Positions 25,150-32,000 of a stretch of DNA of 32,000 nt are shown here, in pieces; position 1 is the stretch's first letter; each line of letters begins with the position of its first letter. The DNA is from Acaryochloris thomasi RCC1774 (GTDB lineage Bacteria; Cyanobacteriota; Cyanobacteriia; Thermosynechococcales; Thermosynechococcaceae). A program made the position numbers and the translations under genes. Location: assembly GCF_003231495.1 (NCBI RefSeq), contig NZ_PQWO01000001.1:510001-542000 (forward strand), written 5' to 3'. The notes under the pieces were generated by a model. The model ran no database searches, had not been told where the DNA came from, and saw only the letters and a program-made list of their open reading frames with translations.

Positions 25150-26205
25150 ATGAAGCATCGTCCGTTTTTCCGTCGAGCCGTGGTGACCGGTCTTTTCTGT
25201 CTCAGCACGCTAACCGGCTGTCTTCCTAGCCTGGACTCTTCCGGTTCATCCTCTTCTGGGAGGCTGCAGGCCATTTTAGAGCGAGGGCAGCTCAACTGCG
25301 GTATCAGCGGCGAGCTGCCGGGATTTAGCTTTGTCAATCCTGAGGGCGAGTATTCGGGACTGGATGTTGATTTTTGTCGTGCGATCGCATCTGCTCTTTT
25401 CGACGATCCCAACGCCGTCAACTACCGCCGCCTCAACGCCAAAGAACGGTTCACCGCTGTACAAACCGGCGAGATCGACGTCCTCAGCCGCAACACCACC
25501 TGGACCCTCAGCCGTGACGGATCGAACCGGATGGCCTTTGCCCCCGTGGTTTTCTATGACGGCCAGGGCATGATGGTGCGCAAAAGCAGCGGTATCAAAA
25601 CCCTCAAAGACTTTGCCGGGAAATCAGTCTGCACCCAGACCGGCACCACCAATGAACAAAACCTCTCAGATCAGATGCGGAAGCTGGGGGTTGACTACAC
25701 TCCTGTTGTCTACGAAGACATCAACGCCGCCTACAAAGCCTATGCCGAAGATCGGTGCCAGGGCGTCACTTCAGATCGGTCTCAGCTCCTCTCGCGCCGC
25801 AGTGCCTTCCCGCAACAGGACGATCACGTCATTCTTGAAGAGGTTATGTCCAAAGAGCCCCTTGCGCCAGCCGTCGCTGATGGTGATTCTCAATGGTTAG
25901 ATGTAGTCACATGGGTCATTTACAGCACCATAGAAGCCGAAGATCTAGACATTCGCTCCGATAATCTCGATCAGTTTGCTGATAGCGACGATCCTGTTAT
26001 TCAGAGATTTCTCGGCAAAGAAGATAACCTGGGGACCGGTATCGGTCTCCCTGATGACTTCGCCGTCCGCGTGATCAAAAACGTTGGTAATTACGCTGAA
26101 ATTTACGATCGCAACCTCGGCCCCAACACAAAGCTCAACCTACCCCGAGGCCAAAATAAGCTAGCGCAGGATGGTGGATTACTGTACGCCCCTCCATTCC
26201 GCTAA
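25150..26205 (+). CDS. Amino-acid ABC transporter substrate-binding lipoprotein (AapJ/NatF-like)
   Basis: Lipoprotein signal MKHRPFFRRAVVTGLFCLSTLTGC. Then LNCGISGELPGFSF...GLDVDFCRAIA...ERFTAVQTGEIDVLSRNTTWT, typical of general L-amino-acid binding proteins. The ATG at 25150 is preferred over the track start at 25060. Confidence 0.8.
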   Translation: MKHRPFFRRAVVTGLFCLSTLTGCLPSLDSSGSSSSGRLQAILERGQLNCGISGELPGFSFVNPEGEYSGLDVDFCRAIASALFDDPNAVNYRRLNAKERFTAVQTGEIDVLSRNTTWTLSRDGSNRMAFAPVVFYDGQGMMVRKSSGIKTLKDFAGKSVCTQTGTTNEQNLSDQMRKLGVDYTPVVYEDINAAYKAYAEDRCQGVTSDRSQLLSRRSAFPQQDDHVILEEVMSKEPLAPAVADGDSQWLDVVTWVIYSTIEAEDLDIRSDNLDQFADSDDPVIQRFLGKEDNLGTGIGLPDDFAVRVIKNVGNYAEIYDRNLGPNTKLNLPRGQNKLAQDGGLLYAPPFR

Positions 26206-26310
26206 TGTTGTTGCCAAGACAGATGATGGATGCCGTGAGCGGCTTCATGAGTAGAGCCTTTAAGACCTTGATGACTGCTAGCATAGAAGCAAAATTGCTA
26301 GGTTAGCTGT

Positions 26311-27000
26311 ATGTCAGTTGCGATTACAGAAGCCATCACCACACTCGCAGAGGCAGAGCAGCGATTTCAATTGACTCGTACAGAGGATGAAGCGTTCTTC
26401 TGTGAATGGTCTCAGAGCCTACCTAGCCTGACAGAAAAAGAGAAGACAGACTTAACGGCCATGCGTCGTCGGTATCTCTACCAGCGATCTGAAGGACACT
26501 TGCTCGAAGGAACAATCACGCTCCTGTTTGCTTCTCCTTTGCTGACAATCGCGGGATTTTACGATCCGCCCTTCAGGGTTCGTGCAGAAAAAGCAGTACA
26601 GCTCAACCTCGAAGACAGTGAAGAGGTCTTGCAGGGCCGTTTAGACGTGTTGGTCCTTAAGAACCAACTTTGGGTGGTCATTTTAGAGTCAAAAAAAACA
26701 GCGCTTTCTATCTGGTCAGCCTTACCTCAAACACTTGCCGACCTAATGACAAATCCCCACCCCAAACTGCCAAGATTTGGCATGATGACCAATGGCGACG
26801 ATTCAGTCTTTGTAAAGCTTGCTCCCTCTGACACGCAAAGGCAGTACAATTTTTCACGCGTCTTCGCAGCATTAACCTCTGACCAAGAAACCTACCGAAT
26901 CTTGCAAATTTTGCAGCACATTGCTCGAATTACAGGAAAAGCAGAGCAGAAACAACCCGCATTGCCTGATGGATACTGTCCGCTCAGAAAGGGGAAATAA
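26311..27000 (+). CDS. PD-(D/E)xK nuclease-fold protein (HsdR-N-terminal-like, stand-alone)
   Basis: RLDVLVLKNQLWVVILESKK gives the D...ExK arrangement of PD-(D/E)xK nucleases. The overall layout resembles a widespread small cyanobacterial family. Motif-level only. Confidence 0.5.
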   Translation: MSVAITEAITTLAEAEQRFQLTRTEDEAFFCEWSQSLPSLTEKEKTDLTAMRRRYLYQRSEGHLLEGTITLLFASPLLTIAGFYDPPFRVRAEKAVQLNLEDSEEVLQGRLDVLVLKNQLWVVILESKKTALSIWSALPQTLADLMTNPHPKLPRFGMMTNGDDSVFVKLAPSDTQRQYNFSRVFAALTSDQETYRILQILQHIARITGKAEQKQPALPDGYCPLRKGK

Positions 27001-27123
27001 AGGTATTTGTAATCTTCGATACAAGGTAGAACCCCTCATACCTCCCATAGTGGTTCGCAAAAGTGAATTGTTGTCTTGCAATCTTTGAGATCTCGCAATT
27101 ACAGCAGTCGCAGGAGTGAATTC

Positions 27124-27696
27124 ATGAGTTTTGTCTGTCGCAGCGTTCCTTCACGAACGTCATCCCGCTTGGGAATATCCCTAAAATTAGGGCTAATGGC
27201 CTGTTCATTAGCCTACGGATGTTTGCAGCCCGCCCTCCCTAGTGCGGCTTCAACAACTTCTTACCGGATAGCTAAGCAAACGTCTCAGTCACCCAACATT
27301 GCCACAATGGAGCAACAGCTTCTGCGGCAGGTGAATCATCAACGGCAGCGATATGGACTGCCCGCCCTCAGGCGAAACCCCAGACTCAGCCAGGTTGCGC
27401 GCACCTACAGTCAACAAATGGCTGCCTACAATATCTACGGACACATCGGCCCCTCAGGAGAGACCCATCGACAACGCGTTGAAGCCGCCGGTCTGCGCGC
27501 AGCTTTAATTGGTGAAAACTTGATGAAGGTTGGTTACAACAGACATCCTGTCGCTTTGTCAGTCAACGGCTGGATGAACAGTGCAGGACATCGTAAAAAT
27601 ATTTTGCTTCCCCAAATGACTGAAACGGGCGTGGGTATTTGGCAGCGCGGTTCAACCTATTATGTGACCCAGCTCTATATTGAACCCAAGCGTTAA
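27124..27696 (+). CDS. Secreted CAP/SCP-domain protein (YkwD-like)
   Basis: N-terminal signal-like region, then NHQRQRYGLPAL, ARTYSQQMA, GENL and GWMNSAGHRKNIL, which are CAP-domain motifs. AGGAG lies 8 nt upstream of the ATG at 27124. Confidence 0.75.
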   Translation: MSFVCRSVPSRTSSRLGISLKLGLMACSLAYGCLQPALPSAASTTSYRIAKQTSQSPNIATMEQQLLRQVNHQRQRYGLPALRRNPRLSQVARTYSQQMAAYNIYGHIGPSGETHRQRVEAAGLRAALIGENLMKVGYNRHPVALSVNGWMNSAGHRKNILLPQMTETGVGIWQRGSTYYVTQLYIEPKR

Positions 27697-27724
27697 TCGC
27701 GACGGAGCTGATTATCTGAAAAGA

Positions 27725-28525
27725 TTAGGATGCAGTGGGCACAACCGTTTCAGACTGAGACTCCATAGATAAGAACTCTAGTGGACGGCTCATGTTGGCA
27801 GCGAAGCCGAGAATGTTGCGATCGCAAAACTCATACACCAGCTCTCCATTCTCAAACAAAAACGTCCCGCCTCGCTGCGTAATGTGAGCTGCATCAGGAA
27901 CGTAGGTGCCCCAGTTGCCCAACACCTCCGCCATATTCCGCAGCCTCAGCGTCGCTAGCTCAAAGGGCCGCTGAAAACCTTTGCCCCCTACATTCTTGAA
28001 CAGTTCACCTTTTACGGGTGGCAGTGGTGTCGCCTTGACCACTTCATCATCAGCAATCAACTGAGGCGCGTTGCGATCGCCCTTGTATCCGCGAAAAACC
28101 TCCGTTAACGTTCCCGGACTGCCAATCCCTGCACACATGAGCAGCAAACTGAAATAGGCATTTTGAGCGACTGAGCAGCCCGGAACCTTAAGCCTTAGGC
28201 CAGGGTAGAGATCGAGCTGTTGATGGAGTTCTGCTTTGGGATCGACGTATAAACAGTCTGCGGGGAACCCTGTATATTCGCAAAACTTTTTGCCGGAGTT
28301 GCGATCGCCAATCCCCACCGCCCGGAAGACAATACCTTGCTCTTGAAGTAACTCAGCCTCTCGCCGCAGCCACCAGGCATATTCAAGACTATCAAAGTCA
28401 CCTAACTGGGGCCACACCATCACTAGCAAGCGACGAGCTGACTCGCAGCCGCTGAGGATTGGCGCTATTTCACCATCATTCACGCGCTGAAATTGAGATT
28501 GCTTAAAAGTATTGAAGGTATTCAT
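27725..28525 (-). CDS. Thioredoxin-fold protein, AhpC/TSA-2 (PRXL2/AAED1)-like
   Basis: 266-aa ORF. LLVMVWPQLGDFDSLEYAWWL...GIVFRAVGIGD resembles the peroxiredoxin-like-2 family. No CxxC motif was seen. Confidence 0.4.
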   Translation of the reverse strand: MNTFNTFKQSQFQRVNDGEIAPILSGCESARRLLVMVWPQLGDFDSLEYAWWLRREAELLQEQGIVFRAVGIGDRNSGKKFCEYTGFPADCLYVDPKAELHQQLDLYPGLRLKVPGCSVAQNAYFSLLLMCAGIGSPGTLTEVFRGYKGDRNAPQLIADDEVVKATPLPPVKGELFKNVGGKGFQRPFELATLRLRNMAEVLGNWGTYVPDAAHITQRGGTFLFENGELVYEFCDRNILGFAANMSRPLEFLSMESQSETVVPTAS

Positions 28526-28755
28526 GTACTAATTGTATTGATATTGCTCAGCTTTGCAGCCAAAATTCATTACCTAGTATTCACTTCGATTCATAGGACG
28601 CTCCGTTATGGCTTACACCGTACAACCGTGAACTGAATTGAAGACTAAAATTATGAATGAGAAAAGCGTCATAATTAGCAACAATCTCTCAGATCTATAC
28701 CATTCGGGCCGCACAGGCTGATACAATACTTAACTTAAGCAGTTGGAGTCTTCGA

Positions 28756-28950
28756 ATGAAAATAGGTCAGAAAGTCCGCGTTGCTCGCATCCTCGATCGC
28801 CTCTCGGGTGATGCTAGCGATAAAGTGGGTCAAATGGGGGTTGTAAAAGACTACAAAATGACGGACGGTAGCGGCGTGGGCGTTGTAGTAGCCTTCAACG
28901 ATAACAGCAGCAGTTGGTTTTTTGAAGATGAACTCGAAGGTCGTCGATAA
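28756..28950 (+). CDS. petP: Cytochrome b6f-associated small protein PetP (DUF2862)
   Basis: MKIGQKVRVARILDRLSGD...GVVKDYKMTDGSGVGVVVAFNDNSSSWFFEDELE closely matches the remembered PetP consensus (KMTDGSG.GV.V.F.D.S..WFFEDE). Confidence 0.6.
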   Translation: MKIGQKVRVARILDRLSGDASDKVGQMGVVKDYKMTDGSGVGVVVAFNDNSSSWFFEDELEGRR

Positions 28951-28953
28951 ATC

Positions 28954-30057
28954 ATGAGCTTTATTCTCACGTTTTTGGGCAAGGGGGGGACAGGACGCAC
29001 GACGGTTGCGATCGCAGCCGCCAAGCAATATGCCAGCCAAGGTAAGCGCGTCCTGCTGACCACTCAAGATCCAGGCCCAGTCTTTGAAATGCTGCTGGGC
29101 AAACCAGTCGGCGCTGAGCCTCAAACAGTAGAGCCAAACTTAAACGCTGTGCAATTTCAAACAGCCGCTCTTCTCGAAAAAAGTTGGGAACAGGTCAAAC
29201 AGCTTGAAGCTGAGTATGTGCGTACCCCCTTCTTCAAAAACGTGTACGGCCAAGAACTAGGGGTGCTCCCTGGCCTAGAAAGTGCACTCTCCCTCAACGC
29301 CATTCGTGAATATGACGCCAGTGGAGACTACGACGTCATTATTGTTGACGGTCCTGGCGACCAAACCACACTGCGAATGCTGGGCATGCCAGAAGTCTTA
29401 AGCTGGTACATTCGCCGCTTTCGGCAGGTCTTTGCAGACTCTGATCTTGGCCGCACGCTATCTCCCTTTATCCAGCCCATTTCCAGTGCCGTACTGACGG
29501 TCAATTGGTCGGGTGATAACTTTGCCGAGCCGACCCAGCAGGTCAACAACCAACTTGATGAAGGCAAAAATGCTGTAGCCGATCCTCGTAGAGTCGCCGC
29601 TTATTTAGTGACCACAAGTGATGAAACGGCCATCGCAACAGCCCGCTATCTGTGGGGCAGCGCCCAACAAGTGGGCTTAACCGTTGGTGGCGTTCTTTTA
29701 AATCAGCCCAGCTTGAGCATGAAGACCGCCACCATTGAAGAGCAGTTTGCTCCCCTGCCCATTCAATCGATTCCATTTCGCAGCGGTGAACATTGGCAGC
29801 CCCTCATGTCAGCCCTGCCCAGCTTCACGGAAGCCGAACAGGCCCCCCAGCCCATTACAATCGACCTCGCGCAGCAGCAGGTCAAGCTGTTTTTACCTGG
29901 CTTTGATAAAAAACAGGTTAAGTTGACACAATATGGCCCCGAAGTCACCATCGAAGCTGGAGACCAACGGCGTAACATTTTTCTACCCTCAGAGTTGCGT
30001 GGGAAACCTGTTAAAGGCGCTAAGTTTCAAGGTAGCTCACTCATTATTTCCTTTTAA
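28954..30057 (+). CDS. ArsA/Get3-family P-loop ATPase with a C-terminal HSP20-like domain
   Basis: Deviant Walker A FLGKGGTGRTTVA and DVIIVDGPGDQTTLRML. A C-terminal beta-sandwich-like segment follows (VKLFLPGFDKKQVKLTQYGPEVTIEAGDQRRNIFLP). It starts 4 nt after the petP stop. Confidence 0.75.
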   Translation: MSFILTFLGKGGTGRTTVAIAAAKQYASQGKRVLLTTQDPGPVFEMLLGKPVGAEPQTVEPNLNAVQFQTAALLEKSWEQVKQLEAEYVRTPFFKNVYGQELGVLPGLESALSLNAIREYDASGDYDVIIVDGPGDQTTLRMLGMPEVLSWYIRRFRQVFADSDLGRTLSPFIQPISSAVLTVNWSGDNFAEPTQQVNNQLDEGKNAVADPRRVAAYLVTTSDETAIATARYLWGSAQQVGLTVGGVLLNQPSLSMKTATIEEQFAPLPIQSIPFRSGEHWQPLMSALPSFTEAEQAPQPITIDLAQQQVKLFLPGFDKKQVKLTQYGPEVTIEAGDQRRNIFLPSELRGKPVKGAKFQGSSLIISF

Positions 30058-30445
30058 CCCAACAAAATCGCTCAAGACTTGAACCATTGAGTCTATAAAT
30101 AAAATCTAAATATACTTGCCGTTCCAGGACTAATAGCGATACTGTATCCTTAGCTATCTGTTCGATAGACGTATAAGGTGCTGGAACATGCTTTCAGTCC
30201 TGAATGTCATTGAGCAATAGGATTACCTTAAAGAAATTAAGCTTTAAGGGTTGAGGGTGTTATCTGAGACATTATCAGCATCAATGACTGGCATACAGTT
30301 GGGGGTATGGCAATTAGTCATTGTCTTCAAATAGGGGTGTTACCAAGTTATTTAAGCTAATCCAACGTCCAAGTGGATAAGGCAGTTGAGCAGTCTCTCA
30401 ATCTGCTTTTTACACAGATGGTTCAAGTTTTATAAGCATAGCTAC

Positions 30446-30595
30446 ACAGCAGGCAGTCTTATTCCTGCTGTCTTGACCAGGAGAACTTATTGCTGTTCTC
30501 CTCGGTTCCTTTATTCTTGTGCACTGACTTAAGGTTGATGCGCGTAGGCTCTGCTGTCCACAGGCTGAAAAGTATGGGGGTGAAGAGCCTACGCG
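30446..30595 (+). promoter_or_regulatory. Three consecutive perfect hairpins in the leader of the peroxidase gene
   Basis: H1 is ACAGCAGG (30446-30453) with CCTGCTGT (30464-30471). H2 is GGAGAAC (30480-30486) with GTTCTCC (30495-30501). H3 is CGCGTAGGCTCT (30541-30552) with AGAGCCTACGCG (30584-30595). The last stem ends 44 nt before the ATG at 30640. Confidence 0.35.
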
Positions 30596-30639
30596 GCAGA
30601 ATTTCATGCTGTGAGTTTTTTCTATCGAGGTCTAAGTTA

Positions 30640-32000
30640 ATGACTGACATATTCAGTTCTGATTTATTTGACTCTGCTCCCAAGAGCATCATGGGGCAGA
30701 GCAACTTAAGCGCAGAAACAGTTGAGGTAGAAGAAGCCTCTTCAGGTCTAGAGTTTCGCTCCATCAACGGTTCTGACAATAATGATACAAATACAGGCGT
30801 CACCGGCGAGCAACTTTTGCGCCTCTTCACGAATGCTTTTGAAGACGGTATCAGTACACCACGTGGGGGAGACTTTCCCAATCCCTTCGATCCCTCAAGT
30901 CCGCCTTCATCCCTTCCCAATCCTCGTACTATCAGTAATACAATCGCTGCTCAATCAGAGTCAGTCTCTAATTTTCTGAATGCCAGTGATTGGATATGGC
31001 AGTGGGCACAATTCATCGATCATGACCTCGATTTAAACGAGTCAACCGCAGACAACCCTGGTGAATTCACACCCATTGTGGTTCCAAATGGCGATCCCAC
31101 ATTCTCTGATGGAACATTTCTGCCCTTTTTGAGAGTAGGGGCTTCAGAAGGAACCGGCATCAATAATCCCCGCCAGGCCGACAATCTAATTACCAGCTTT
31201 ATTGATGCTTCCAGTGTGTATGGCTCTGATGAAGAGCGGGGCGACTTTTTACGTTCCTTTGCAAATGGGCAGCTCAAATTCTCAGAAACCAACAATGGCG
31301 AAGTCCTCTTGCCAGAGAATCCTGATGAAGGAACGGGAGAAAGGCAAGAAAATGCCACAGGTGGAACCCTCGGTGACTTCCAGTATGTTGCCGGAGATAT
31401 TCGAGCGAATGAGCAAATTGGCTTAACAGCAGTTCACACCTTGTTCGTGCGTGAACATAATCGTCTTGCGGCAGATCTTCTTGACCGCCTAGAAGCAGGT
31501 GAAGCAGCATTAGTCGAAAAGTTTGAGCAGTTCACAGAGACCAGCGACGAAACAGATAGCGATGCTCTGCAGGATGAGTTTATTTACCAAGCAGCCCGCA
31601 AGGTTGTAGGGGCCAAGATCCAGCAAATTACCTATGATGAATTCCTACCTCTGTTGATTGGTGAAGGAACAACAGCAGAGTACGACGGCTATAAATCTGA
31701 TGTGCTGGCATCCATCAGTACAGAGTTTGCTAATGCAGCCTACCGTGTGGGTCACACCTTACTATCGGATCAAATACAGCGCCTGAGTACAAATGGCCTC
31801 AGCGAGATTGCGTTAGGCGATGCTTTCTTTATCCCCGAACAAATCAAAGACGAGGGCGTTGATTCAACCCTACGCGGTTTAATCCTCCAAGCTTCACAAG
31901 AGGCAGATAATCTTGTCATTGATGGGGTGCGGAACTTCCTATTCGAGGCAGGGACCGGAGGGCTTGATCTAGCCTCTGTAAATATTGCAAGAGGGCGTGA
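30640..32000 (+). CDS. Animal-type haem peroxidase (peroxidase-cyclooxygenase superfamily), 3' end beyond window
   Basis: Hand translation of frame 1 from ATG 30640 has no stop through 32000. Family motifs are FRSINGSDNN, WQWAQFIDHDLD, SFIDASSVYGSDEE, AGDIRANEQIGLTAVHTLFVREHNRLA and LDLASVNIARGR. It is not in the ORF track because it is open-ended. Confidence 0.85.
   Translation, partial: MTDIFSSDLFDSAPKSIMGQSNLSAETVEVEEASSGLEFRSINGSDNNDTNTGVTGEQLLRLFTNAFEDGISTPRGGDFPNPFDPSSPPSSLPNPRTISNTIAAQSESVSNFLNASDWIWQWAQFIDHDLDLNESTADNPGEFTPIVVPNGDPTFSDGTFLPFLRVGASEGTGINNPRQADNLITSFIDASSVYGSDEERGDFLRSFANGQLKFSETNNGEVLLPENPDEGTGERQENATGGTLGDFQYVAGDIRANEQIGLTAVHTLFVREHNRLAADLLDRLEAGEAALVEKFEQFTETSDETDSDALQDEFIYQAARKVVGAKIQQITYDEFLPLLIGEGTTAEYDGYKSDVLASISTEFANAAYRVGHTLLSDQIQRLSTNGLSEIALGDAFFIPEQIKDEGVDSTLRGLILQASQEADNLVIDGVRNFLFEAGTGGLDLASVNIARGR

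Noticed and set aside
28735-29124. 129-aa minus-strand ORF across petP and the ArsA-like start
   Set aside because: It is antisense to two recognisable genes and has no motif support.

Overview
The window looks like cyanobacterial chromosome. By eye there are at least 20 copies of the HIP1 octamer GCGATCGC, and it carries cyanobacterial or plastid-type genes (PSRP-3/ycf65, petP, a small PetC3-like Rieske lipoprotein). All family calls come from motif recognition by eye; no searches were run.

Most of the window is ordinary housekeeping sequence:
- Core metabolism and translation: M14 peptidase (5' partial), tyrA, thiO, tsaC-like, gnd, PSRP-3, and rpmF (58 aa, missed by the ORF track).
- Envelope, transport and stress: DsbA-like oxidoreductase, SPFH/band-7 protein, amino-acid ABC binding lipoprotein, CAP-domain protein, petP, ArsA-type ATPase.
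- Other enzymes: HAD hydrolase, MenH-like hydrolase.
- A 3'-truncated animal-type haem peroxidase at the window edge.

The stand-out region is a roughly 10.7 kb accessory island (about 13545-24245). It is built from three tandem copies of a two-gene cassette, each in a different state of decay:
- The first gene is a large fusion protein: TIGR03032-like domain, GNAT, TPR and a GT41 (OGT/SPINDLY-type) glycosyltransferase.
- The second gene is a leaderless FG-GAP/RTX calcium-binding protein, presumably secreted by a type I system.
- Only cassette 2 keeps the 1219-aa enzyme.
- Cassettes 1 and 3 keep the RTX genes but carry a near-total deletion and an internally deleted pseudogene of the enzyme, respectively.

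Other notable items:
- A 249-bp MITE with perfect 19-bp terminal inverted repeats splits a SpoT/Mesh1-like HD hydrolase gene.
- A short GC-rich palindromic repeat family is present in three copies.
- Recent intragenic duplication or gene conversion is visible inside the RTX genes.
- Three consecutive hairpins sit in the leader of the peroxidase gene.
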